Shown here in pieces: positions 53,559-63,980 of a DNA stretch of 64,000 nucleotides (the stretch's first letter is position 1; each line of letters starts with the position of its first letter). The translations under genes and the position numbers were made by a program. Location of the stretch: the NCBI GenBank assembly GCA_040752855.1, contig JBFMHP010000017.1, forward strand, positions 81,960-145,959, in the 5' to 3' direction. A model generated the notes under the pieces. It worked only from the letters and a program-made list of their open reading frames with translations, was not told the origin of the DNA and ran no database searches. The stretch comes from Pseudomonadota bacterium. Its GTDB lineage: Bacteria > Pseudomonadota > Gammaproteobacteria > RBG-16-57-12.

Positions 53559-55211
53559 ATGAACGACTTCATGCCGAAATGGCTCTTAGCCATGAGCATT
53601 CAGTGGAAACTGCAACTGAGTTTCTTTCTGGTCACCATGATCACTATCATCATCAATCGCGTGGTTGGTTACGGCGAAATGGAACGCCTGATCAAGATCG
53701 CCCAAGAACATGACCTGCCCCCGGAACTCCTCGCCAAACTCGACCAAGGACTCTCCAGTTACATCACCGATTCTTTCTGGCAGTCCGGACTGGAGTTCAT
53801 GCTGCTGTTCGTGATCATCGGAGTACTGGCCAACCGCTTCGTCACCCCGATCAAAAATCTGTGCACGGCGATGGAGCGCACCGAAAGAGGCGATCTCACC
53901 ACACCGGTTGCCAACGAGTCGCTGGATGAAATCGGCATCCTGGAGCGCAGCTTCAACTCCATGCTCAAACAATTGAATTCGGTCATCCGCAACATCGATG
54001 ACAACAGCAGCCAGATGGCGCAATCGGCCTATCAAGTGGCCGCCATTTCGCACGAGATCGCCGAGATCACCAAGCGCGAGCACAGCCACTCCTCCGAGGT
54101 CTCCGACGCCACGACCCAGCTCAAAGAGGTCACCACCACCGTGCGCTCGCTGGCCCAGGAGGCGCAGGAGCGCGTATCGCATGTCGATGTCGTGGCCAAG
54201 GACGGGCTGCAAATCGTCCAGAAGAACATCGATGAGATGGGTAAAACCGCCGCTGAGGTCGGCATCGCCTCCGATCAGGTCGGCGACCTGAAGGACTCCG
54301 CCAAGGAGATCTACCAGATCATCAGCACCATCAAGGAAATCGCCGAGCAGACCAACCTGCTGGCGCTCAACGCCGCCATCGAGGCGGCGCGGGCGGGTGA
54401 CTCCGGGCGCGGCTTTGCGGTGGTCGCCGATGAAGTGCGCGGGCTGGCGCAGCGCACCACCACCTCCACCGAGCAGATCACGCGCATCATCAACGATATC
54501 AATGTGCGTGTGGCCAATGTGGCGAGCAAGATGAACGATGTCGTCACACACGTGCAGCAGAGCAAGCAGACCGCGCAGAAAACCGCCGAGGTCATCGAGC
54601 AGATGTCCCAGGCCATCGGCGCCTCGACCGCCGCCAATCAAGAGATCAGCATGGTCTCGGAGCAACAATCGGTCTATTTCGAATCCCTGAAAAAACGCCT
54701 GGACAGCCTGTTCGACACCTTCCAGCAAAACTCATCCAAGGTCGCCACCACCGCCAACATCGGCGATGATCTCTATCGGGTTTCGGAAAGCATGAAGGCG
54801 TTGCTCGGACATTTTGTCTTCGAACGGGAGCAAACCTTCGCCAGAAACGATCAGGAAAAAAGAAAATCCCCGCGCCTCAATTCGCCGCTGCGGGTGCAAG
54901 TGCGACAAAACGGCGCGCTGCATGAAAGCATCTGCAACGACTTCAGCATGACCGGCATGCGCCTGCGCCTGCCCACGGTACTGGATAAGAAGTCGCCCAT
55001 TACCCTCAAGCTCTTCCGCCCGCTCCCCGATCTTGCCGAATACGAACGGCAGACACCCATCGAAATCACGGGCGTGATCCGCTGGCAACGCCAGGACGGC
55101 GAACGGCAACTGTGCGGCGTGGAATTCACCAATCTCGGCACCGCTCAAACGAAGGAGCTCAAGGGCTGTTATGCCTATTTCAACAAGCAGCCGGTATTTG
55201 CAAGCAGCTGA
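53559..55211 (+). CDS. Methyl-accepting chemotaxis protein with C-terminal PilZ (c-di-GMP-binding) domain
   Basis: 550 aa: 2 TM helices with a short periplasmic loop, HAMP, and an MCP signalling domain ([41 protein letters not shown]). The C-terminal PilZ motifs are RKSPR (RxxxR) and NDFSMTG (DxSxxG). Confidence 0.85.
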   Translation: MNDFMPKWLLAMSIQWKLQLSFFLVTMITIIINRVVGYGEMERLIKIAQEHDLPPELLAKLDQGLSSYITDSFWQSGLEFMLLFVIIGVLANRFVTPIKNLCTAMERTERGDLTTPVANESLDEIGILERSFNSMLKQLNSVIRNIDDNSSQMAQSAYQVAAISHEIAEITKREHSHSSEVSDATTQLKEVTTTVRSLAQEAQERVSHVDVVAKDGLQIVQKNIDEMGKTAAEVGIASDQVGDLKDSAKEIYQIISTIKEIAEQTNLLALNAAIEAARAGDSGRGFAVVADEVRGLAQRTTTSTEQITRIINDINVRVANVASKMNDVVTHVQQSKQTAQKTAEVIEQMSQAIGASTAANQEISMVSEQQSVYFESLKKRLDSLFDTFQQNSSKVATTANIGDDLYRVSESMKALLGHFVFEREQTFARNDQEKRKSPRLNSPLRVQVRQNGALHESICNDFSMTGMRLRLPTVLDKKSPITLKLFRPLPDLAEYERQTPIEITGVIRWQRQDGERQLCGVEFTNLGTAQTKELKGCYAYFNKQPVFASS

Positions 55212-55218
55212 CGCCGCC

Positions 55219-56103
55219 TCAGGATCGATCCGCACGCCGCGCGCCGAACACCATCCCGCCCCAGTGATATACCGCCAGTCCAAACAGGATCATGCCGGCG
55301 CCGAGCAATGTTTGCGCCGTGATCGGTTCGCCATCGAGCAGGTTGCCCAGCATCAGCGCCGTCACCGGCGTGACCAGCGTGATCAAGGCGGCCGTGACCG
55401 CGCTGCCGTGACGCAATACATAGAAGTACAGAAAAAATCCCAATACCGAACCGAAGATCCCCAGATACACGATGGAGCCCAGCACATATTCCGGAATCGC
55501 CTGCGGCCACGGACCGCCGAACAGCAACCAAAGAAGCACGTAGCCCGGCAGGCTGAAGAGCACGCCGCCGACCGTCACCGCCAGCGGGGCGAGATCCGTC
55601 GCGAGTTTTTTCACGGCAATGCCGCTGTAGGATTGCAGCACCACGGCCAGCACCACCGCCGCCAGACCGTAAGCGCCGCTGCCCGCGCTCAGGTCGGACG
55701 AAAACACCCCGATCAAACCCGCCAAGCCCAGCAGCAGGCCGCACAACTTGTTCCACGAGAGCGTCTCCTTCAGCCACACGACGGCCATCACACAGGTGAT
55801 CAACGGCATCAGTCCGTAGATCACCGAGATGATTCCCGAGGGTATGTACTGCGCCGCCCAATACACGCACAGCAGGCCGCCGAACAGATTCACCGCCGCA
55901 GCCGCATAGACCCGCATGGCGGCGCGATCAAGCGGCAGCGGCTGGCGCAGCGCCAAGAGGATCGCGAGCCCGACCAGCGCCCCCAGCGTCATACGCGCGG
56001 TGACGCCAAACAGGAAGCCCACTTCTTGACCGCTCCACTTGATGGCCAGCGGCGTGCTCGACCAGATCAGAATGACACCCAAATATGCGGCAGGCACGGA
56101 CAT
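55219..56103 (-). CDS. DMT-superfamily (EamA/RhaT) transporter
   Basis: 294 aa with 10 predicted TM helices and two EamA-like halves. Confidence 0.75.
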   Translation of the reverse strand: MSVPAAYLGVILIWSSTPLAIKWSGQEVGFLFGVTARMTLGALVGLAILLALRQPLPLDRAAMRVYAAAAVNLFGGLLCVYWAAQYIPSGIISVIYGLMPLITCVMAVVWLKETLSWNKLCGLLLGLAGLIGVFSSDLSAGSGAYGLAAVVLAVVLQSYSGIAVKKLATDLAPLAVTVGGVLFSLPGYVLLWLLFGGPWPQAIPEYVLGSIVYLGIFGSVLGFFLYFYVLRHGSAVTAALITLVTPVTALMLGNLLDGEPITAQTLLGAGMILFGLAVYHWGGMVFGARRADRS

Positions 56104-56369
56104 TATTTTCTCCCTGAAACGAAAAGGGCCGCAGCTTCTGCAAGCTGCGGCCCTCGACCGATAAATATTGTTGATAGTTTATCTAGATGCGAAGACACAC
56201 AGCGCCGCCAGCCACCCAGCGCATCGCGCGGGCCGGTCGAACATGGCGTTGTGCAATCGGCTTCGTCATCATCATGGCAGCATGCCATTTTGCATTGTGG
56301 CGCGCAAGCACTTAAACTTCACTGCCCGCGCAGCGCTGCACCCGATTCCTTCCCCCACCACAAAAAAGG

Positions 56370-56813
56370 ATGAAACAACGTATGAAAACGCCCCTGATCT
56401 CATGCCTCCTGTTATTCACGCTCACGGCCTTGCAGGTGACCGCGCGCGCCGAAGACGCGCCTGCCGCCGCGGCACCCGAGACGCCCGCGTCCGCAACCGC
56501 CGTCACGCGCGCCCAAATCACCAGCGCCATTGCCGACCGCGAACCCACTGACAAGCTCGACAAGGTCGTCACCTCTGTCGATCGCGTGTATTTTTTTACC
56601 GAAATCTCCAACTTCTCCGGCCACACCATCCGCCATCAGTGGCTGCACAAAAATCAGCTCATGGCGGAAATCTCTTTTGAGGTCACCAGTCCGCGCTGGC
56701 GGGGATGGTCAAGCAAGAAGCTCATCCCGTCGCTGCAAGGACCCTGGCACGTGCTGGTCTTGGACGAACAGGGCAATGTGCTGACCTCCGTGCCATTTAC
56801 CTACGGCGACTGA
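56370..56813 (+). CDS. Secreted DUF2914-like protein
   Basis: 147 aa with a signal peptide [27 protein letters not shown] and an [12 protein letters not shown] region. Confidence 0.55.
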   Translation: MKQRMKTPLISCLLLFTLTALQVTARAEDAPAAAAPETPASATAVTRAQITSAIADREPTDKLDKVVTSVDRVYFFTEISNFSGHTIRHQWLHKNQLMAEISFEVTSPRWRGWSSKKLIPSLQGPWHVLVLDEQGNVLTSVPFTYGD

Positions 56814-56821
56814 GACAAGCG

Positions 56822-57847
56822 ATGGACGCGGCCGCCCCGATCTCGCGCCGGTTCGCCGTCGCGCCCATGCTGGACTGGACCGACCGGCATTGCCGGTATT
56901 TCCTGCGCCTGATCAGCCGCCATGCCCTGCTCTACACCGAGATGGTGACCACAGGAGCGATACTGCACGGTGATCGCGCACAGCATCTCAACTACAACAC
57001 CTTCGAGCATCCACTCGCCCTGCAGCTTGGCGGCAGCGATCCGCGGGAACTGGCCGAGTGCAGCGCAATCGCCAGCGACTACGGTTATGACGAGATCAAT
57101 CTCAATGTCGGCTGCCCCAGCGATCGGGTGCAGGACGGGCGCTTCGGCGCCTGCCTGATGCGGGAACCTGAACGGGTGGGGGAGTGCATCGGCGCGATGC
57201 GCGCCAAGACGCCGTTGCCGGTAACGGTCAAAACGCGTCTTGGCGTCGACGAGCATGATTCCTATGAATTCCTCTGCCGGTTCATCGAGATTGTTTCCGC
57301 CGCCGGCTGCCGCACCTTCATCCTGCACGCCCGCAAGGCCTGGCTGCACGGCCTGAGCCCAAAGGAAAACCGTGAAATCCCACCGCTCCTGTACGAGCGC
57401 GTCTACCACATCAAACGGGACTTTCCGGAACTGGAAATCATCATCAACGGCGGCATCACCCGCTTGGATCAGGCCCTCGATCACCTGCGGCACGTCGACG
57501 GCGTGATGGTCGGCCGCGAGGCCTACCACAACCCCTATCTGCTCGCCGACGTCGATCGCCTGTTCTTTGGCGATGATCACCCGATTCCAAGCCGTGCGGA
57601 GATCATCCAGTCATTCCTGCCTTATATCGAAGCGCAACTCCGCGGCGGCTGGCGGCTGCATCACCTCACACGCCATATCCTGGGCCTCTATCAAGGGGTG
57701 CCCGGCGCGCGGCCCTGGCGCCGCCACCTGAGCGAACGCGCCCACAGACCGGATGCCGGAGTCGAGGTCATCACCTCGGCCCTGCCCGCGCAGGTAGAGG
57801 AGGTCTTTGCGAAAGAAAACGCTCGCACTTCATCGGCAAATGGATAA
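56822..57847 (+). CDS. dusA: tRNA-dihydrouridine(20/20a) synthase
   Basis: Start at [27 protein letters not shown] (the DusA N-terminus). A TIM-barrel with NVGCP and the catalytic-region motifs. The ORF-track Met at 56705 is an over-extension. Confidence 0.85.
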   Translation: MDAAAPISRRFAVAPMLDWTDRHCRYFLRLISRHALLYTEMVTTGAILHGDRAQHLNYNTFEHPLALQLGGSDPRELAECSAIASDYGYDEINLNVGCPSDRVQDGRFGACLMREPERVGECIGAMRAKTPLPVTVKTRLGVDEHDSYEFLCRFIEIVSAAGCRTFILHARKAWLHGLSPKENREIPPLLYERVYHIKRDFPELEIIINGGITRLDQALDHLRHVDGVMVGREAYHNPYLLADVDRLFFGDDHPIPSRAEIIQSFLPYIEAQLRGGWRLHHLTRHILGLYQGVPGARPWRRHLSERAHRPDAGVEVITSALPAQVEEVFAKENARTSSANG

Positions 57848-57975
57848 TAATCGAGCGAGCAATCGTTAGTATTGCTGCAAGACCGGACGGCTGGACATCG
57901 GAATATTTCATCAAAATCATTCGTATCCAACGCCTTCCTTAGTTACAAATTTTGATCTTCGAGGATGTTACACCC

Positions 57976-58179
57976 ATGCGAAATGGCATTGTGAAATGGT
58001 TCAACAGCGCAAAAGGCTATGGCTTTATCAGTCCGACAGACGGCAGCGAAGATGTATTCGTACACTTCTCTTCAATCCAGTCTGAAGGATACAAGACCTT
58101 AAACGAAGGCCAGTCTGTAAGCTTCGAAAGCGAAATCGGCCCCAAAGGCCCGCAAACGACCAAGGTAATTCCGCAGTAA
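57976..58179 (+). CDS. cspA: Cold-shock protein, CspA family
   Basis: Start at [18 protein letters not shown]. It has a long AT-rich 5' UTR (57848-57975). Confidence 0.85.
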   Translation: MRNGIVKWFNSAKGYGFISPTDGSEDVFVHFSSIQSEGYKTLNEGQSVSFESEIGPKGPQTTKVIPQ

Positions 58180-58196
58180 TACTCAAGAATCCTTCG

Positions 58197-58228
58197 CAAA
58201 AAAGCCCCTGTTTCAGGGGCTTTTTTTT
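58197..58228. terminator. Bidirectional rho-independent terminator
   Basis: AAAAAGCCCCTG-TTTC-AGGGGCTTTTTTTT. Confidence 0.8.
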
Positions 58229-58241
58229 GTGCGCGAAATTT

Positions 58242-58652
58242 TCACTCAAATGCTGGGAATGGCGAGGTGATCACCCAACGCTGTTGCGCGCCGTCATACT
58301 CCCAGGTTTGCGCATCACGAAGCTTTTTCATCCGGACATCATCACTGTAGTAGTAGCCGATCTCGACCATCTGCTGCGCCGCCTGCCCGTCTTCGGAGAC
58401 CGTCTTGCTCAATATGTCGTAAGCGCCCACCTTGATCTGGCGATCGGAGGTGGGGGCCACGCCCTTGATGACCTCACCCTCCTTACGAAAACCGTTTGCG
58501 GCGGTGAAATCGCCCCAGCGTATGGTGCGCTCATAACTCAGCAAGGTGCTGTTGAGCATATATTCGCGATCAATCGTCGTGGCGCAGGCGGAAAGCATCC
58601 CTGCTGCGATCATGCTCGACAGTGCGATTTTAAGACTCATGTCCGGCCTCAT
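58242..58652 (-). CDS. Hypothetical lipoprotein (136 aa)
   Basis: Signal peptide MSLKIALSSMIAAGMLSAC (lipobox LSAC). Confidence 0.6.
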   Translation of the reverse strand: MRPDMSLKIALSSMIAAGMLSACATTIDREYMLNSTLLSYERTIRWGDFTAANGFRKEGEVIKGVAPTSDRQIKVGAYDILSKTVSEDGQAAQQMVEIGYYYSDDVRMKKLRDAQTWEYDGAQQRWVITSPFPAFE

Positions 58653-58696
58653 GCAGTGGTTTGAATTAACTTCGCAAAACTTTGTAGGAGAAAAAA

Positions 58697-59779
58697 CTAC
58701 TTTTCGGCCTGCTTACCGCGCAGTTTCTCGAGCTTCTCCAAGACGCGTTCCGCGCGGATGATGTTGAACACCGCTTCCTCGTTGCCCGCATCCAGCGTAA
58801 GCACCTTGTTCCAACTGGCGATCGCCTCCTTGAACCGTCCGTCACGGTACAACGCAATGCCTTCATCCATCCTGGTTTTGGTGGCGGACTTGACGGCGCT
58901 ACGCATCCGCTCGCGCAGCGAACCCAGCCGCTCATCCTTGTATCCGTACCGCTCTGCTTGATCAACCAGGCTCTGGCACCTGACCAGCTCTTGCTGAGAC
59001 AGGCATTGCTCGATGGCATCGAGCAGCGCGGTATATTCGCGCGCCTGTTTTTCTTCCTGCAACTTGCGCTGCTGGGCTTCCTTCTGCTGCTGTTGCCGGC
59101 TGATGCGATCGTCAAGCTGGCGATTGACCTTCATCATCTCCTCTGAAGGCGCGAGTCGCGCGGAAAGATCGAGAAACTGTTTCGCCTTGGTCAAATCCTC
59201 CTGCTCCAGCGCTGCCTTGCCGATCAGCAGCGTCTTCTCGCCCAATTCCTTTGCCCGTATCCGCGCGTTGTATAGCTGCCACTGGACAGAAAAATCCCCC
59301 GGCGCCAGCAGCGCCATATCCTGATCCAAGGCAATGCTCTGGGCCAGCCATTGAGCCTCTGCAACCAGGCGGGCCTCGGCGATCCTGGTGCGCTCGCTTT
59401 CCGATGCCTTGGCGATGCGCTCCAGCGCCGCCGCCAGGCTCGGCCGGCCGGGTATGCTCCGCCTGGCCTCTTCGAGCAGCCTGTTCACTTCCTTCCAGTC
59501 GCCCTTCTGGATCGCCCCGTCGACATTCAAGCTCAACTCGGCTTCATAGGACTCGATCAGCTCCATGATTTGATTGCCCTTGGCCTGCGCCGCAGCATAG
59601 GCTTCGTCCTCTTTATTAACGTAGCTGAGGGTGTCCAGGGCACGGACATACTCCTTGCGTTCGACCAGCGCATCCACTTGGGCGGCGACATCACCCCTGG
59701 GCGCCATGAAATTCGCGCAACCGGTCATCAAGAGCACGGCTGACAACGCCAGGAGACTCGGTACGATTCTTATCCGCAT
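58697..59779 (-). CDS. Lipoprotein with TPR-like / coiled-coil helical repeats
   Basis: 360 aa with an LMTGC lipobox. It is Ala/Glu/Gln-rich and helical. Its start codon directly abuts the upstream cyclase stop (59779/59780). Confidence 0.6.
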   Translation of the reverse strand: MRIRIVPSLLALSAVLLMTGCANFMAPRGDVAAQVDALVERKEYVRALDTLSYVNKEDEAYAAAQAKGNQIMELIESYEAELSLNVDGAIQKGDWKEVNRLLEEARRSIPGRPSLAAALERIAKASESERTRIAEARLVAEAQWLAQSIALDQDMALLAPGDFSVQWQLYNARIRAKELGEKTLLIGKAALEQEDLTKAKQFLDLSARLAPSEEMMKVNRQLDDRISRQQQQKEAQQRKLQEEKQAREYTALLDAIEQCLSQQELVRCQSLVDQAERYGYKDERLGSLRERMRSAVKSATKTRMDEGIALYRDGRFKEAIASWNKVLTLDAGNEEAVFNIIRAERVLEKLEKLRGKQAEK

Positions 59780-61237
59780 CTAGACTTCCAGGATCTGTTT
59801 GGACATCTCGACCATCTGCCGCTGATACGGCGCCTGGACGTCGGTGACGAAATAGACCGCCACCGGCTCTTTCTTGCCGCGCAGCGCGATCTCGCCGTGA
59901 TATTTCACCTTCAAGGGAAAACCGGCCTTGCTCAACATCTCGAACATGGCGTCGGTGATGGCGATCTGGTTGGCACTCGCCACGGAGGACAGCCGCGAGG
60001 CCAGATTCACCGAATCCCCGATGACGGTATAGTTCATGCGTTCGGGCGATCCCATGTTGCCGGCAAGCATGCGCCCGCTGTTGACGCCGATGCGAAAATG
60101 CACGGGAATCAGGCCGCGATTGTTGCGATGATGATTGATGACTTGGATCACCTTCTGGATCAGCAAGGCGCAAAATACCGCATGGAAGGCATGCAACTCA
60201 TCCTCTTCCGGGGCGCCGAAGACCATCATGGCGCAATCCCCGATGTATTTGTCCACATGACCGTAACACATCTGTGTTGCCTGGGCGATGTAGCGGAAAT
60301 ACTCATTGAGCAGATCGCTGACCTCCGCCGGAGACATCTCCTCCGACAAGCTGGTGAATCCGACCACGTCGGCGAACACGACGCTGGCCTCCACGTAGCG
60401 CCCGCCCAGCTGCACCGTACCCGAGTTTTCGACCACCGCCTTGGCGACCTGGGGTGATACATAGCGGGCGAAGCTCTGTTCCAGGATCTCGCGCTGCTTG
60501 AGCTGATCGCACATGGTGGACATCGACTCGATCATCCGTCCTACCTCGTCCTTGCGCGTGTAGTCGACATCGATGCTGTAATCGCCCCGGGAGATCGATT
60601 CCGTCACACCGACGAGAGTGTTGATCGGCCGGCTGACCCGGCGGCCGACGAAGATGGAGATCAACACGCCGAGGAGGATGAGCACCACGGTCGTGCCGGC
60701 CACGGCCTCAAAGGTGTCCCGCCGGGCCTGGTTGAGCGCCGAGTAGTCGAAGGTGACGACGGCATAGCCGACGGTGACGCCTTCGAACTCCGCCCGCGCG
60801 ACGAACGAGGCCATCGGGAACGGCTTCTCCTTGCCCATCCCGAGCTGCCAGTTGATCACCTTTTCGGTTTTCATCTTGTTGATGAGCACATGCCGGGGCG
60901 GCACCAGCCCCGCCTGCACGAGGGGCTTCATATCCTCGGAATAAATCGACGCGCCCAGGATCTGTTGATTGGAAACGAGATTGGTCACCCCCACCTCCAG
61001 CGCCAGCACGTCATCGGCCATGATGGCGTCTTTGGCAGCTTCCGCGGATTGCTTGGCGAGGGCGCTGCCGAACTGGACGGTCTGCTGATCGAGCAACTGG
61101 CTTTGATCGTGGGCGATAATCCCCCCCATCAGCACCATGCCCGTGGCGATGGTGACGGTGAACAAAAACGCGATCTTGTATGCGATGGGGATTCGCACCG
61201 AGGAAAAGAGTCGCTTGATGGATCTTTTTTCTGTCAC
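59780..61237 (-). CDS. Membrane sensor adenylate/guanylate cyclase with HAMP domain (class III)
   Basis: 485 aa: 2 TM helices flanking a ~150-aa periplasmic loop, HAMP, and a cyclase domain (VVFADVVGFTSLSE, YIGDCAMMVFGAP, HFRIGVNSGRMLAGNMG, YTVIGDSVNLASRL). Confidence 0.85.
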   Translation of the reverse strand: MTEKRSIKRLFSSVRIPIAYKIAFLFTVTIATGMVLMGGIIAHDQSQLLDQQTVQFGSALAKQSAEAAKDAIMADDVLALEVGVTNLVSNQQILGASIYSEDMKPLVQAGLVPPRHVLINKMKTEKVINWQLGMGKEKPFPMASFVARAEFEGVTVGYAVVTFDYSALNQARRDTFEAVAGTTVVLILLGVLISIFVGRRVSRPINTLVGVTESISRGDYSIDVDYTRKDEVGRMIESMSTMCDQLKQREILEQSFARYVSPQVAKAVVENSGTVQLGGRYVEASVVFADVVGFTSLSEEMSPAEVSDLLNEYFRYIAQATQMCYGHVDKYIGDCAMMVFGAPEEDELHAFHAVFCALLIQKVIQVINHHRNNRGLIPVHFRIGVNSGRMLAGNMGSPERMNYTVIGDSVNLASRLSSVASANQIAITDAMFEMLSKAGFPLKVKYHGEIALRGKKEPVAVYFVTDVQAPYQRQMVEMSKQILEV

Positions 61238-61398
61238 TCGCCTTGCCGCCTGTTACCTTTGCGTGGGCATATAGTATGCACCAGCCCACCGGAAAAAGCG
61301 CCATTATAGCACCCCGCAGGCGCGGAAGGCTGATCTGGCCGGCGGTGCCAGACGCGAAACGGCCCCGAGCAGGGGCCGTCTCTCCGGAGGCGCCGGTA

Positions 61399-63237
61399 TC
61401 AGAACATCACGAGGGTGGCGCCGGTTGTGGTCAGGGTCTCGCTGTCATCGTCGAACGCGCCGACCGCCCAGATCCGTTGGGTCTTGCGCCCGGCGCTGAT
61501 CTGCTCGTTCACGGCGGTGACGAACTCGCTGAAGGTGAAATACACGTAGATCGTGCCTGCCTGGTTGATGGCGAATATTCCGCGACCGTTCGGGGTCGGC
61601 ACCAGGCTAGTGGCCTGATTGTCATCCCAGAGATCGATGTTTACCCAGGCGCGGGAGACATGGTGCAGCAAGCCCATGCCCTGGTCATTCAGCACCAGCA
61701 GACTGTTGTCCGCGGCGGTGAACGGCGCGGGCGTACCCAGCCCCCAGCCCGCCACCAGGACGGCCGGCACATCGGCGACATCGATCACCGTGGTGGCCTC
61801 GAAGTCCAGCGGCGCGCTGCCGAAGGGACGGACAAAGCCGCGCACCTTGACCGGATCGCCCGCTGTGACGCTCGGAGTGAGGGTTCCCAGATCGACTTGG
61901 TATTGGTCGGGATCGGCATCATCGGCGCCCGTGGTACCCGTGCCGGAGAAATTAAACTGCGCGGGCAGACGGCCATTCAACCGTTGCAGATCCATCACCA
62001 GTTCGCCCCCGGCATTGGAAACCACGGTGCCCGTGAACTGGTTCAGCAACATGCGAAGATGCGCCGGTGCGTTCATGGTATCGGCGGCGCTGTTCAGGGT
62101 GCCCCACAGCACGATGCGCTGGCCGACGGAGATGTCGTCTTTCGTGTAATCGGACGTGGAGAGCTGACGTTTGACAATGGTATTGGCGTCGAGCGTCACC
62201 GTGACGTTCTTGTTGAAGACCAGGCTCCCGTCGGTGCGCACGATGGAACCGGCGTTGACCATCAACATATCGCCCGCGCGTGACAGCACCACCCCCGTCA
62301 CTACATCCTTATCCGCGCCCGGTACGCTGCTGCCGGCATACACCTCCGTGGCCTCAAAATGCTTGGTGACGGTGTTCAATTCACCGTACACCACCACCCA
62401 GCTGTTGGCGGCCTGCTGCGCCTGCGCCGTTAAACCTGCCCCACCCGTATAGCTTGCGCCATCAATCTCATACACTGTACTGCTGTTCACATAGGCGGTA
62501 AATGCGCCGAAATGCCCGGTCTGATGAAAAAAGGGACGCAAGTTCATGCGGATGGTGCCCGCCCCTTGATCCACCGTCTGCAACAGGCCGCGCACCCGAT
62601 GCGGTTTGGGATCTGCGAGTTTGACGTCCGCCACCAGCACCGGCTGGGCGATGGCCTCGGCCTGCGCCACATCCACGGTATGCGAGGCATTGAGATCGAA
62701 ATCCAGGGTCAGGTGCGCGGGTACGCCGGGGGCGATGACCAGCGCGTTGGCATTGCTCAGATTGACCGCGACCTCCCAGGTGGTGAGGGGATTGCCGTTA
62801 CTGTCTTGCACCGTCACCGGTACCGGATTGCCATTGGCGTCCTCCACCTGTACATCGGCATTGCTGTAATCCAGTATCATCGTGGCCTTGACATAACGGC
62901 CTTCGGGAATGGTGGCGGCGGTGAAAAACTCGGTCATCTCGGTGAGCTGGGCGAAATCGATACGTGTATTCACCGGCAACACATCGACCACTGCGCCGCT
63001 GGCCTTGGTCAGTGTGAGACCGGTGACGTCCACCGCGTAGTTGAGAAAATCACCTTCGGCGTCGGTGATCCCGATGATCACATCGCCGGATTCTTCCGCA
63101 CCAACGTTTTCGTTGCCGCAGCCTTGCAGCAGGAAAAACATGGCCATAAAAATTAGCCACACACTCCTGCGCATCAAATGTTTAATTGTGTCTACACGCA
63201 TGATTTCATCCTCGTCGTTCGCCAATCGAAATATCAA
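61399..63237 (-). CDS. Large hypothetical lipoprotein (beta-rich, Thr/Val/Gly-rich)
   Basis: Probable start at MRRSVWLIFMAMFFLLQGC (~63174), with lipobox LLQGC. No catalytic motifs recognised. Confidence 0.6.
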   Translation of the reverse strand: MIFRLANDEDEIMRVDTIKHLMRRSVWLIFMAMFFLLQGCGNENVGAEESGDVIIGITDAEGDFLNYAVDVTGLTLTKASGAVVDVLPVNTRIDFAQLTEMTEFFTAATIPEGRYVKATMILDYSNADVQVEDANGNPVPVTVQDSNGNPLTTWEVAVNLSNANALVIAPGVPAHLTLDFDLNASHTVDVAQAEAIAQPVLVADVKLADPKPHRVRGLLQTVDQGAGTIRMNLRPFFHQTGHFGAFTAYVNSSTVYEIDGASYTGGAGLTAQAQQAANSWVVVYGELNTVTKHFEATEVYAGSSVPGADKDVVTGVVLSRAGDMLMVNAGSIVRTDGSLVFNKNVTVTLDANTIVKRQLSTSDYTKDDISVGQRIVLWGTLNSAADTMNAPAHLRMLLNQFTGTVVSNAGGELVMDLQRLNGRLPAQFNFSGTGTTGADDADPDQYQVDLGTLTPSVTAGDPVKVRGFVRPFGSAPLDFEATTVIDVADVPAVLVAGWGLGTPAPFTAADNSLLVLNDQGMGLLHHVSRAWVNIDLWDDNQATSLVPTPNGRGIFAINQAGTIYVYFTFSEFVTAVNEQISAGRKTQRIWAVGAFDDDSETLTTTGATLVMF

Positions 63238-63268
63238 GACACCGTGTTTGCAAAGATTTGAATCCTGT

Positions 63269-63721
63269 TTACCGCGTCATCTGCCGCCGCATGATCTGCT
63301 GCCGCTCCTGCGGCGTCATGGCGCGCCAGCGCTCGCGCATCTGTTCGCGCTGCGCCGGGGGCAAACTCTTGAACCACTCGATCCGGCGCAGGACCCGCGC
63401 CTGCCGCTCCGGCGGCAGATGCTTGAACTGCTGGTAGCGCTCGCGGATGAGTCGGCGCTGCTCCGGCGGCAGCGCCTGCCAGCGCTTGAAACGCTCCCGC
63501 GCCTTGGCGCGCTGCTCCGGCGTCATCTCCAGCCAGCGTTGCGCCCCGCGTTGCAGGCGATGCTGTTTCTCCGGCGGCAGCGTCGCCCATTGATCGGCGT
63601 AACGCTTCAACACCTTTTGCTCCCGCGCATCGAGCTGGGCCCACGGCACCGGATCGCTCGCCGCATGGGCCGCGCCGACGGCACACAGCAACAGGAATAT
63701 CATCACCAGATACTTACTCAT
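63269..63721 (-). CDS. Secreted DUF3106-like protein with tandem LPPEQR-type repeats
   Basis: Start at MSKYLVMIFLLLCAVGAAHA (signal peptide). Repeats: LPPEKQHRLQRG / LPPEQRRLIRERYQQFKHLPPERQARV / LPPAQREQMRERW. Confidence 0.6.
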   Translation of the reverse strand: MSKYLVMIFLLLCAVGAAHAASDPVPWAQLDAREQKVLKRYADQWATLPPEKQHRLQRGAQRWLEMTPEQRAKARERFKRWQALPPEQRRLIRERYQQFKHLPPERQARVLRRIEWFKSLPPAQREQMRERWRAMTPQERQQIMRRQMTR

Positions 63722-63980
63722 CTTTGTTGCCCTCAACTTGCCGGGCGCGTGCGAGCGCCTCGTCATCCAGTTCCAACGCCAGCTCTTCCGTTGCGTCTAA
63801 GCCATCCCACTCGCCGAGAAACTCCAGGAATTCAGGCTCCGGGGCCGCAGCATCCGCCGGCTCCTCCGCCCCCGCGGGCAGGCACCACAACAGTCCGACC
63901 AACACCCATTCAACCCTCATGCGCCTGCTCCTCATCCAGCCAGAGGAAGAAATCCAGCTCCTCGTAATCCGCGACCTCAC
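63714..63980 (-). CDS. Small hypothetical secreted acidic protein; may be truncated, with the upstream gene continuing past the window end
   Basis: Internal Met MRVEWVLVGLLWCLPAGA looks like a signal peptide. The tail is acidic. Extremely tentative. Confidence 0.3.
   Translation of the reverse strand: MRSRITRSWISSSGWMRSRRMRVEWVLVGLLWCLPAGAEEPADAAAPEPEFLEFLGEWDGLDATEELALELDDEALARARQVEGNKDE

Noticed and set aside
53586-54728. 380-aa minus-strand ORF
   Set aside because: It is antisense to the MCP-PilZ gene.
55171-56373. 400-aa plus-strand ORF and 231-aa minus-strand ORF
   Set aside because: Both are antisense or out of frame with the EamA transporter and Arg-rich.
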